A DNA stretch of 34,056 bases. It comes from Heptranchias perlo (Eukaryota). The stretch is from assembly GCF_035084215.1 (NCBI RefSeq), contig NC_090363.1, positions 2,480,001 to 2,514,056 on the forward strand, in the 5' to 3' direction. Positions 23,401 through 33,873 of the stretch are shown one piece after another. Both the position numbers and the translations under genes were made by a program. The notes under the pieces were generated by a model. It did no database searches. It was given only the letters and a program-made list of their open reading frames with translations, and was not told the origin of the DNA. Position 1 is the stretch's first letter, and every line of letters starts with the position of its first letter.

Positions 23401-25931
23401 ACACTCACACTCACCGTACCACACACACACACTCACACTCACCGTACCACACACACACACTCACACCCACCATACCACACACACACACTCACACCCACCG
23501 TACCACACACACACACTCACACTCACCGTACCACACACACACACACTCACACCCACCGTACCACACACACACACTCACACTCACCGTACCACACACACAC
23601 ACTCACACTCACCGTACCACACACACACACTCACACCCACCGTACCACACACACACACTCACACTCACCGTACCACACACACACACTCACACTCACTGTA
23701 CCACACACACACACTCACACCCACCGTACCACACACACACACTCACACCCACCGTACCACACACACACACTCACACCCACCGTACCACACACACACACTC
23801 ACACTCACCGTACCACACACACACACTCACACCCACCGTACCACACACACACACACACTCACCGTACCACACACACACACTCACACTCACCGTACCACAC
23901 ACACACACTCACACCCACCGTACCACACACACACACTCACACTCACCGTACCACACACACACACTCACACTCACCGTACCACACACACACACTCACACTC
24001 ACCATACCACACACACACACTCACACCCACCGTACCACACACACACACTCACACCCACCGTACCACACACACACACTCACACCCACCGTACCACACACAC
24101 ACACTCACCGTACCACACACACACTCACACTCACCGTACCACACACACACACTCACACTCACCGTACCACACACACACACTCACACCCACCGTACCACAC
24201 ACTCACACTCACACTCACCGTACCACACACACACACTCACACTCACCGTACCACACACACACACTCACACCCACCGTACCACACACACACACTCACACTC
24301 ACCGTACCACACACACACACTCACACTCACCGTACCACACACACACACTCACACTCACCGTACCACACACACACACTCACACTCACCGTACCACACACCC
24401 ACACACTCACACTCACCGTACCACACACACACTCACCGTACCACACACAAACACACTCACACAAACACACACACACTCACACACACACACTCACATTCAC
24501 ACACTCACACCCACCGTACCACACACACACTNNNNNNNNNNNNNNNNNNNNNNNNNNNNNNNNNNNNNNNNNNNNNNNNNNNNNNNNNNNNNNNNNNNNN
24601 NNNNNNNNNNNNNNNNNNNNNNNNNNNNNNNNNNNNNNNNNNNNNNNNNNNNNNNNNNNNNNNNNNNNNNNNNNNNNNNNNNNNNNNNNNNNNNNNNNNN
24701 NNNNNNNNNNNNNNNNTGGATTACAATGTGAGTTCCAAGAGAATATTAAACCTTGGGCAACACAGAAATAATTACAAGCTAAGTGTCAAGATCAGTGAAA
24801 CTCATTCCTGGGGGGTTTGCAGGTATTTATACCAGACAGTGTGGAGCGGATTAATTCGGTGACAACAAAACCGCCCCGGAATAGAAAAAAAAACAATCGA
24901 TCGGTTTAAATCCGTTTCCAATTATTCCGCAAAAGCTGCATTTATTTTAAAATTGTTATTAGTTATTTTGTGACTGTGTGCACTTTCACTGAACTAAACT
25001 GAAATATAATCCTCACCTTCAGAAATATCAGCCAGTCTTTTTGTTCCATCCGTTTCTGTAACTTTGAGAGCTTCTCCTGAATAGAATTTAAATTCTCCTG
25101 AATTTCTCGAAGATTTTCCTCCATTGTTTCTAAAATCTTCCCTTCTTGTTCCCTGAGATCTCTGATTAAACGCTGCTCTTTCTCAGTGAGAATCTGGTGC
25201 ATTTTAGCGAACTCGGATGTGATGTGGGTCTGCAGGCCGCTCGACTGTTCCTACAGAATTAAAAAATGTGAAACATAATAATGTACCGCGATAAAGGGAA
25301 ACAAAACTAACCCAGATCCCAGGAAATCACCTTACCCTAACTTCAGAAATCTGCTGTTTTTGTTTCAGTTCCGTTTCTTGAACCGCCGTTTTCTTCCCTG
25401 TGAGAGAATCTAAGGAAGATTTCAGCTGATCCTGGGATTGGGATAGAAAATCACAGAATAAAGTGTTAGACCATGAAAATGTGATAAAATAATCAGGTGA
25501 TCAAATCTGTTCCATTTTACCTTGTACATTTCAACAGCTTCTTTAATCGGCATGAAGTTGTGAGATTTGTGTTCCCGCGAATCTCTACAAATAAGACAGA
25601 TCAATTTCTGGTCAGTTTCACAAAACAGCTTCACTTCTTCCTGATGTTCCTCACAGTGAAGTTTATTTTCCTTCTCTTTCCGATTCAGGTTTAATTTTCG
25701 AGCTTTCTCGGCCAGACTCGCTAAGACCCGATTAACCCTGAGGTTTCTTTCCGGAAACTCCTCTCTACATTCCGGGCAGGAGTTTATCTCCTTCTTTCCC
25801 CAACACTGTGTGATACAGGAGCGGCAGAAGTTGTGCCCACACTCCAGTATAACCGGATCGGTGAAGAAATCAAGGCAAATGGGACAGTTTAAATCCTCTG
25901 TCAAACGCTGCTCCTGCTGCCTGGAAGCCAT
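16929..25931 (-). CDS. TRIM-C complete gene: RING-B-box-coiled-coil-PRY/SPRY E3 ligase (A33/NF7/TRIM39-69-like), 476 aa; complement(join(16929..17479,20357..20472,20626..20648,25017..25250,25336..25431,25521..25931))
   Basis: Six exons of 411+96+234+23+116+551 = 1431 nt, all GT-AG, with a continuous open frame. Confidence 0.92.
17535..18575 (-). mobile_element. CR1/HER1-like LINE, 3' ~1 kb, in TRIM-C intron 5
   Basis: [19 protein letters not shown]...[17 protein letters not shown], an upstream [14 protein letters not shown] region, and the tail near 17545-17590. Confidence 0.92.
19350..20260 (+). mobile_element. Highly degenerate L1/Tx1-like ORF2 remnant
   Basis: Scattered motifs in the expected order: EWVGQ (endonuclease), HKTHPGINY (SRIDY-like), F.PITL and [11 protein letters not shown] (start of RT). 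Confidence 0.55.
20357..20472 (-). CDS. TRIM-C exon 5 (116 nt)
   Basis: ttttacag|GATTAGT...AACCCCG|gtaaaa; [38 protein letters not shown]. Confidence 0.9.
20626..20648 (-). CDS. TRIM-C exon 4 (23 nt)
   Basis: tttatttcag|GAGGAAACGCGTCAGAAGATGAG|gtagga. Confidence 0.88.
20854..24531. repeat. ~28-bp minisatellite ACCGTACC(AC)nTCACACYC in TRIM-C intron 3, with internal N gaps
   Basis: Directly visible; N runs at 21401-21529, 23187-23319 and 24532-24716. Confidence 0.97.
25017..25250 (-). CDS. TRIM-C exon 3 (234 nt, coiled coil)
   Basis: ctgtag|GAACAGTCG...CTGAAG|gtgagg. Confidence 0.92.
25336..25431 (-). CDS. TRIM-C exon 2 (96 nt)
   Basis: cccag|GATCAG...GTTAGG|gtaagg; [32 protein letters not shown]. 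Confidence 0.92.
25521..25931 (-). CDS. TRIM-C exon 1: RING plus B-box 2
   Basis: [39 protein letters not shown]...CPEC...CEEH...FCETD...CLIC...HKSH; donor AAG|gtaaaa. Confidence 0.95.
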
Positions 25932-26193
25932 GATTTGTTTCTGAACTTCCTGATTCAAACTGCTGGCATCAGGTGGATCAGTATGTGTGAGTCCTCGCCC
26001 TTCCTCCCTTTTTCCCCTCTACATTTTCCCAGCCTTAGTAAAAAGGTAAAATGCCCGTTTGTCTCTCAGTCTGATGATAGGTTCACCCAGAAGCGTCATA
26101 TCCAACACTGAGTGGATTTTCCCCTTCACAATCCTGCATTCGGTAACACCTGTAAGGAGTGGCACAACACCAGGTTATAGTCCAACAGCTTTA

Positions 26194-26565
26194 GAATCAT
26201 AGAAGTTACAACATGGAAACAGGCCCTTCGGCCCAGTTTATACCACTAAGCTAGTCCCAATTGCCTGCACTTGGCCCATATCCCTCCATACCCATCTTAC
26301 CCATGTAACTGTCCAAATGCTTTTTAAAAGACAAAATCGTACCCGCCTCTACTACTGCCTCTGGCAGCTCGTTCCAGACACTCACCACCCTTTGAGTGAA
26401 AAAATTGCCCCTCTGGACCCTTTTGTATCTCTCCCCTCTCACCCTAAATCTATGTCCCCTCGTTATAGACTCCCCTACCTTTGGGAAAAGATTTTGACTA
26501 TCTACCTTATCTATACCCCTCATTATTTTATAGACTTCTATAAAATCACCCCTTAACCTCCTCCT
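26194..26565 (-). mobile_element. CR1 LINE 3' end nested in the Penelope remnant
   Basis: MRGIDKVD...TRGHRFRV...FFTQRVVSVWNELP...FKKHLD; tail (plus strand) acaggcccttcggccc. Confidence 0.88.
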
Positions 26566-26580
26566 CTATTTTATTTGAAA

Positions 26581-26617
26581 TCACAAGCTTTCGGAGCTTT
26601 CCTCCTTCGTCAGGTGA
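26581..26617 (-). ncRNA. Minimal type I hammerhead ribozyme motif in the Penelope 3' region
   Basis: Minus strand reads UCAC-CUGACGA-A-GGAG GAAAG CUCC-GAAA-GC-UU-GUGA. Confidence 0.78.
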
Positions 26618-27249
26618 GTGCAGGTTTCCATAAAGGCACAGCATATATAGTCAGAGAACAATGCCTGGTGATTACAGATAATCTTTCCAACTGCCCGTTA
26701 TCACACCTCCCGGCAGAGATATAATCAAAGCAATCAAAGGAGTGGATGGTGTTCAGACAGAGAAACATTACATCCCAGACTACTGAATACACAAACGGTC
26801 AGAACACAAAGACAGATAGAGAGAGAGAGACACCCGAAAGGCAAAGAGAGAGAGAATGCCCTGTTGTATTAAAAACAGATAACATTTGTTCGCTGGTGGG
26901 GTAACGTGTAGCGTGACATGAACCCAAGATCCCGGTTGAGGCCGTTCTCATGGGTGCGGAACTTGGCTATCAATTTCTGCTCGACGATTTTGTGTTGTCG
27001 TGTGTCTCGAAGGCCGCCTTGGAGAACGCTTACCTGAAGATCGGTGGCTGAATGTCCTTGACTGCTGAAGTGTTCCCCGACAGGGAGAGAACCCTCCTGT
27101 CTGGCGATTGTTGCGCGGTGTCCGTTCATCCGTTGTTGCAGTGTCTGAATGGTCTCGCCAATGTACCATGCTCTGGGGCATGCCCAAGCGATAAAGACTA
27201 AAATCAACTTCACTGTATTTTCTAACATACTTTCATATTTCAGAGACCA

Positions 27250-28530
27250 CTCTAAAGTAAAAATACTCAATCAGAGGAGGGCCAATTTCAATGGGATGAG
27301 AACAGATCCGGCCCGGGTAAATTGGAATCAAAGATTGTCAGGCAAAACTGTAATTGAACAATGGGCGGCCTTTAAAGAGGAGATGGTTCTGGTACAGTCC
27401 GGGCACATTCCAACGAGGGGGAAAAGTAGGGCAACTAAAGACCGAGCTCCCTGGATGACAAAAGAGATAGTGAGTAATATAAAACGGGGAAAAAATGGTG
27501 TCAGGTTGATAACACAAGTGAGAACCAGGCAGAATATAGAAAGTTCAGAGGGGAAGTGAAAAAGGAAATAAGAGGGGCAAAGAGAGAGTATGAGAGTAGA
27601 CTGGGGGACAACATAAAAGGGAATCCAAAAGTCTTCTACAGGCATGTAAACAGTAAGCAGGTAGTAAGAGGAGGGGTGGGGCCAATTAGAGACTAAAAGA
27701 GATCTATTCATGGAGGCAGAGGGAATGGCCGAGGTACTAAATGAGTACTTTGCATCTGTCTTTACCAAAGAAGGAGATGCTGCCAGAGTCTCAGTAAAAG
27801 AAGATGTAGCTGAGATACTGGATGGGCTAAAAAATGATAAAGAGGAGGTATTAGAAAGGCTGGCTGTACTTAAAGTAGATAAGTCACCCGGTCCAGATGG
27901 GATGCATCCTAAGTTGCTGAGGGAAGTAAGGGTGGAAATTGCGGAGGTACTGGCCATAGTCTTCCAAACATCCATAGATATGGGGTGGTGCCAGAGGACT
28001 GGAGAATTGCAGATATAAGGATAAACCCAGGAACTACAGACCAGTCAGTTTAACCTCGGTGGTGGGGAAACTTTTGGAAATGATAATCTGGGACAGAATT
28101 AAAAGTCACTTTGACAAGTGTGGATTGATTAGGGAAAGCCAGCACGGATTTGTTAAAGGTAAATTGTGTTTAACCAACTTGATAGAGTTTTTTGATGAGG
28201 TAACAGAGAGGGTAGATGAGGGGAATGCAGTTGATGTGGTGTATATGGACTTTCAAAAAGTATTTGACAAAGTGCCGCATGGTAGGGTTATCATCAAGAT
28301 TGCGGCCCATGGAATAAAGGGGGCAGAAGCAACCTGGATACAGAATTGGCTAAGGGACAGGAAACAGAGAGTAGTGGTGAATGGTTGTTTTTCGGACTGG
28401 AGGGAGGTGTACAGTGGTGATCCCCAGGGGTCGGTGCTGGGACCACTGCTTTTCTTGATATAAATTAATGACTTGGACTTGGGTGTACAGGGCACAAGTT
28501 CAAAATTTGGAGATGACGCAAAACTTGGAA
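27250..28530 (+). mobile_element. CR1 LINE ORF2 internal fragment (frameshifted RT region)
   Basis: [73 protein letters not shown]. Confidence 0.93.
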
Positions 28531-29517
28531 AGTCCATTTGCTTGCAACCCACAACATTGTGACTTCGAATTAAAAGTGCTGCAGACTGTGCCAAGCTGAC
28601 ACTGATTGACATTCAATGCCTGTTCTGTATTTTCATCAGATTTATTTATTGATAATTAACAATCAGATACATTGACACGATCTCATTGACAAGTGACTAC
28701 CAGTATATTCACACATTTCACATTATCCAGCGACGAGGACAATTTAGCACTGATAATAAGGCTGGCAGCTCGACACTTGGCCGATCAGGCCCTGGCCCTT
28801 TCCCACAGTACACATACTGACAATGAGGAGTAGGGGCACAATCCTTAAAATATTCAAACAGTTTATATGGCAGATCAGAGAGCTGGTCCTGCAGACTGAT
28901 CCAGTGCACAATGTCGATGCTCAGTCCTGCCATTCAGATTGAAGAGAATGATAAATTTCATTATCTTGATGAAATACCCACTCTTACTTCAATTGTTGCA
29001 CAAAATGTTTTTAAACTTCAGGACAGAGACACCATTAGTGCCCGTGCTGATCTGTAGTATCGTTTTGGGGGTGGGGTTGGGCAGTAACACAAAACAAGCT
29101 GTAAACACAATCAACAACCCATTTTACACTCCACCCAATTCGCTTTTCCATTGAAGTTGTAAAACCAGCTGCTGATTTTTGCTGTCAGCCGTTTCGCAGT
29201 GGCGCCAAGATAAATTTCACTCCCTTCTGTCCCTGTAACTTTATGGAGGGCTCGTCACTCCAATTTCTGGCCACCTCCAGTCTTACTATAGTAATTCTCT
29301 CCCCCCCGGACTACCTCTCGCACCTTGTATCCCATAAATAGGCGACACTGCATCATATCACAGCCTCTCTCTCCCCACCGACAGAGTAAATCGGCGGGTT
29401 AGAAATAAAAGGACTTTAAAACACAAGAGACAGTCCTGGAAACCTTGGAGCTCAATTGCTCGGAGCAGTGCTAGTTACACTCCGATTAACAACAGGAAGT
29501 GTTAGTACAGAGAATCT

Positions 29518-30059
29518 AAAATGAAGTCGTGGGAAATAAAATGCAGTTAATGATCGCCAAGCCAGCAGATTTTCAGCGATTGCATGTTTCACGCAAACAG
29601 GGACTGAAGTCGGGGTAGAGCCTCTCAGTGAAGGTGTCAGTGAAAGTGTGGAGATGGGCCATGTTGTCCGCATTGTAAAACGACACCTGCCCCCCTCTCA
29701 TGGTCCAGGTACACCCCGACCTTAAGGGGCTTCACACTCGGCCTGAGACGGGTGGAAGGTGGAGTGAGAGAGCCTTGTAGTCATTTTCCAATCCTCAGCC
29801 ACACCATCCAGTATCCAGACTCTGCGGTGGCCACCTCATACCCCACTCCTGGCCGCCCCCACATCCCACTCAGTCTTGTGGCCCACGTGAACTTCCCAGT
29901 AGTGTTTTCCTGATGTGAATCCCTCAGAGCCTAGGACACAACGCCAGTTGTTAAACCTTTCCAGAGAGTGAGGGAGCTGCTTCCATTTGTATGCAGTTCA
30001 CACACGTCTTCTGTCCTTGGAATGGGCCGTTTTCGGATCCAGAGTCAGAGAGGCTGGAA
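29518..30059 (-). pseudogene. TRIM-D exon 6: decayed PRY/SPRY exon
   Basis: Intact acceptor tctcctag|TTCCAGCC then VPASLTLDPKTAH[5-codon deletion]SKDRRRV* (stop 29998-30000). Downstream [22 protein letters not shown] and [10 protein letters not shown] are broken by more stops and frameshifts. Confidence 0.9.
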
Positions 30060-30180
30060 CTAGGAGAAGGTTTTTTTTTTAAAAAAAAAGCAATATCAGA
30101 TTTGTTTTCTGGCTGTAATTTATTAAAACAATGAGTGACTTTCCTTTTTAAAATGTGCGCTCTCGGCTGCATAATTTAAT

Positions 30181-30271
30181 TGTAAACAATTTTACAACAC
30201 CAAGGACTATAACTTGGTGTTGTAAAATTGTTTACAATTGTCAACCCCAGTCCATCACCGGCATCTCCACA
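30181..30271 (+). mobile_element. Short Penelope-derived fold-back insertion with a 12-bp TSD
   Basis: TGTAAACAATTTTACAACACCAAG / CTTGGTGTTGTAAAATTGTTTACA hairpin, shared 3' end CCCCAGTCCATCACCGGCATCTCCACA, TSD GCATAATTTAAT at 30169-30180 and 30272-30283. Confidence 0.82.
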
Positions 30272-30689
30272 GCATAATTTAATGACTGCTGCTTCAGATC
30301 GCTCTGCAAAAAAAGATTAAATTATGAGGACAGGTTGTTTAAACCTGGTTTTATTCCCTTGAGATGGAGGTTTCAATGGCGATTTAACCTTTTTGCAACT
30401 GAGATGAAAATTTGACCCTAGCTCTTAAGTAAGCTCTTTTCAATTGTAAATGTCATGTACATATGTTTGATATACAAACCTGAATTATATATAATTATAA
30501 ACCTGAATACATCGCATCCATCCACGGATGTGTAGATCCATCTCCCCATCAACAATTCTGTTTGCCTCTGAAATTATGTGCAAATGTTAGGAAGATGCTT
30601 AGCTTCCATATCCTATGACATTCCGTTGTCCACTTTTTTTTTTAAAACGAAGACATTACCCTTCATAGGATAACAACTCCATTTACACA

Positions 30690-30808
30690 GGAAAGAAAAA
30701 ACTTGCATTTATATAGCATCTTTCAGGCCCCCAGGACGCCTCAGAGCGCTTCACAGCACTATGAAGTACTTTTGAAGTGTAGTCACTGTTGTAATGTAGG
30801 GAAACACA
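30690..30808 (-). mobile_element. SacSINE1/L2-type 3' tail fragment
   Basis: aacttgcatttatatagc...gaagtgtagtcactgttgtaatgtagg is the reverse complement of the SINE tail at 31730-31815. Confidence 0.7.
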
Positions 30809-31414
30809 CAGACTCGATCCACGGTCTATAATTAAAAACAGATGAAATGGGGAAGATATTTTCTCCCACCCCCCCTATACAAAAAGGAACAATGCTGCAA
30901 CCAGGAAGGAGGCAGATACGAGCAAGATATAATATCTTTCACATGGTGATCAAAATGCTGTGTGTTTCAACCAATTCGATTTATAACTAAATGATTAGCA
31001 GATGACCAGGAGTAACCCAGGAGCAGAGGGAGCATGTGGGCTTGTAAGACTCCAGGAATACCCCAAGGTGAGGTTGGAATGAGGCTGTCAGAGTTTTAGG
31101 GGTTTTCTGCTGGATATTTTCCCAGGACCAAAGTCATTGGTCACCTTGCATACTCCAAGAAATGGAGTGACCCTTTACTGTTCAAAACCTAGTTCAATGA
31201 TAGTGAAGACTCAGGGCCGTAGCAGAGAACCCTTACTCTGTACAACAGTCACTGAAATATGGCACATGCTGCCATCTGAATTAGTCTCCCTTTGCTGAAG
31301 GAGGATTGAAAAGCACCCTCCTGAGACAAAGCACAGGCTTTGGGCCATTAACACATTTACTTACATAAAAGACACAATCAGTGGTGTACACTTTTCACAA
31401 TTAAAACAATGTCA

Positions 31415-31815
31415 CGGTGTTAGCCTCGGCCCAATGAAAGCACGCTCACCTCTAGTTCAGAAAGTTGTAGTTTCAAGCCCCACTCCGGAGACTTCAGCAC
31501 CTAATAAGCTGACACTGCTGCAGTACTGTTAGAGGATCTCTTAAAGAGCAGACATTAAATCAAGGTTCCATTGGCCCTCTAAGGTGAATGTAACAGATCC
31601 CGTGGTATTATTTGGAAAACAGTGGGGCAGTGTCCTGGCCAACGTATATCCCTCAACCAAACAGCACAAATGGATTAACTGGTCATTTAGCTCATTGAGA
31701 CCTTGCTGCCTGAGAACCGACTGCTGCATTTGCCTACATAAGAACAGTGACTACACTTCAAATGTAATTCATTGGTTGTGAAGCACTTTGGGACATCCTG
31801 AGGACATGAAAGTTG
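31415..31815 (+). mobile_element. Degenerate near-full-length Deu-domain SINE (SacSINE1-like)
   Basis: tRNA-like head (tttcaagccccactcc), gctgacactgctgcagtactg, ggtgaatgtaacagatcccgtgg, tail cagtgactacacttcaaa...gcactttgggacatcctgagg. Confidence 0.7.
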
Positions 31816-32644
31816 CTTCCTCTCTGTCCCTACACCCCTCGGCTGTGAAAGCCATAACCATGTAATTTACCATCTCTAAACAACAGGTCATATTCACTAG
31901 CTTAACATTTCAAAGCCAAGTCAGTTCACGCTTTCAAAATACAGCCAACCTTTGTCTGCTGGCCATCAAATTCACAGAGCACCCTGCAACTGAGAGACTG
32001 CTTGTCCTTAGATCATTGAGTAGACAATATACCTTTCATGATTTAATTGACCCAGGCCATCTATTTCACCAAATTGAATGATAAAGTAGACATATTTTTA
32101 TTGATGGTCTAAAATGTTATCAATGAATCTGTCCCATTTCAGTCAACTGAGGCCTGAAGCCCACCCATTATTCACAGATCCAGTAACTCACAAGTTGACA
32201 ATGATTTCACGGTCATGTCTATGGCTGAGCTGCCATGACCACACCCCCAAAAAACCTTGGGCGACATGGATTGAATCCTTTACTTGCTGACCCTAGCGGT
32301 ACAGAACTATTACATGTTAAAAAAAAATCCAGCTCAGGCACTACCCAGTTTGCCACATGGTCGTGGACAATATACTGAAGTTCATTCATGCAGACGGAAA
32401 AGGATGGAACTTCGGGATAACTTTCCGAAGCTCCTGTCATCTTTGGCATCCTCGAGTGCCTCCACAGCACAAGTTAGCAGCAGTGTGGAGAGATTTCTGC
32501 TCATGCACTGTAAATCCAGAGAGTTAAGGACCAACCTGACTCCAAAACAAAGAGTGACTCTCCATCCTCCGGGGAGCCTCACTCCATTCGGTCCCAGTGC
32601 CACATTGGCCACACGACTCTGGATTTAGGCCACATTCACACAAT

Positions 32645-32830
32645 GGGGTAGATTTTGACTTTGTGCAATGGTGTAGAGCAGGTGACAGCGAGTCGGCAGC
32701 CTGTTTTACTCTTGTCCCAATTTTTATTTCCATCGACCTCAGTGGGAATAAAAATGGGGAGAGGTGTTAAACTAGCCGCCAACTTGCTGTCACCCGTTTT
32801 ACAGCATTGCACAAAGTCAAAATCGACCCC
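32645..32830. mobile_element. Hairpin MITE (186 bp)
   Basis: GGGGTAGATTTTGACTTTGTGCAATG ... CATTGCACAAAGTCAAAATCGACCCC, with imperfect pairing continuing to a central ttccatcgacctcagtggga. Confidence 0.8.
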
Positions 32831-33633
32831 AGTAGTTGCCCTTCCATGGCAAGCTTAACATCGGTGTAAAATGATTGTGGTTTCAAACCAACACTAAATA
32901 AGTAAGTGTAAATCTTGAGTTAGGGGCCTGACCTGACACTGGAGTCCCTCCTCCAGGACATAGCACCCTGCTTCACTCTGGGATCAGGCCGGGCTCAGAC
33001 CCCGGATTGAGGCTCCTTTTACACTGTCACTTTTTAACCAGCACTGCAGTTGCAGCGAGGGATGAAGGGGAGTGAATAAAGATGAGGTAGGGAAGAAGGG
33101 AATGCAGAGAGTTAACAAGATAGCGACTGTCTGAGCTCGCACAAATGGTAATAAAGAGGAACTGGTAAAGAGCAGAAAGGTCAGGTCAAGAACAGAATTT
33201 ACAAAAATTGTATAAACTGAAGAAAGGAAAAAGCAAAGTAAGAGAACAAGTGGCAAGATATTGTTCCAGGGGCGATGTTATTAAGAATAAACCAAATAAT
33301 GTGGACTGGAGTCACATTTTGGCCAAACCAGGGAGAGATAGCAGATTCCTCTCCCTGAAAGATATTAGTGAACCAGTTGGGTTTTTAATGACTTTGATGG
33401 TATTTTTGTCTGTTGAACTCAAGTTTACAACTTGTGATGAAGGGATTAATTTGTAAACTACCAGTCTTCTGGTGGGTGATTTGGTTTGTTTCAGCTGTGC
33501 AGTGATAACGGCCAATATTCTGATGGAATAATCGAGGAGGGGGGGGCGATGACAAGAGCAATGGTTCAGTGAAGTAGAATTTTAGAAGTGGGCTCTATAA
33601 TGTAAGAGATTACAGGTGTGTGAGGGTCTTTAC

Positions 33634-33749
33634 CTGGGCTGATGCTGTCTATCATTTCTTTCCACACTGTGTACTGTAACGGTCCTTTGAATACCCCCAG
33701 AGACAGATTGCCACCTGCTAATGAAACTCCATTACAAACTTCATTAATC
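33634..33749 (-). CDS. TRIM-D exon 5 (116 nt, open frame)
   Basis: ttttacag|GATTAAT...AGCCCAG|gtaaag; INEVCNGVSLAGGNLSLGVFKGPLQYTVWKEMIDSISP. Confidence 0.75.
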
Positions 33750-33850
33750 CTGTAAAAATAAAATATTTGACGTTATAAAAAGTAACTATAAGCACTTTGC
33801 TGAATAAATGTGCTTGGCTGTGCAGAGATTTTGTAAAGAGTATGACCTAC

Positions 33851-33873
33851 CTCCTCTCCCGATAAGCTTCTTC
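33851..33873 (-). CDS. TRIM-D exon 4 (23 nt); exons 1-3 lie beyond the window
   Basis: atttcccag|GAAGAAGCTTATCGGGAGAGGAG|gtaggt. Confidence 0.75.

Larger units (their letters stand above)
26150..27185 (-). mobile_element. Penelope-like retroelement remnant (GIY-YIG endonuclease C-terminus plus 3' region with a hammerhead), split by a CR1 insertion
   Basis: CPRAWYIGETIQTLQQRMNGHR...PVGEHF...EQKLIAKFRTHENGLNRD; the 3' region matches the fold-back elements. Confidence 0.88.

Noticed and set aside
20854-24531. CRISPR-like regular repeat
   Set aside because: No unique spacers, head-to-tail tandem units, eukaryotic context
20806-24771. 1321-aa His/Thr-rich ORF and the antisense Cys/Val ORFs
   Set aside because: Artefact of a stop-free CA-rich minisatellite plus N gaps, lying inside TRIM-C intron 3
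25932-25958. N-terminal extension MNQEVQKQI in the ORF track
   Set aside because: It begins at TTG. The ATG at 25931 (MAS...) matches the starts of TRIM-A and TRIM-B.
26869-27270. GIY-YIG ORF as a domesticated nuclease gene
   Set aside because: 5'-truncated Penelope fragment lacking the GIY half and RT; the first ~29 aa of the ORF are unrelated flank
27149-28463. Reverse-transcriptase ORFs as an active element
   Set aside because: CR1 ORF2 broken by frameshifts, stops and deletions, with no intact ends
31415-31495. tRNA-like sequence
   Set aside because: Degenerate SINE head with no cloverleaf
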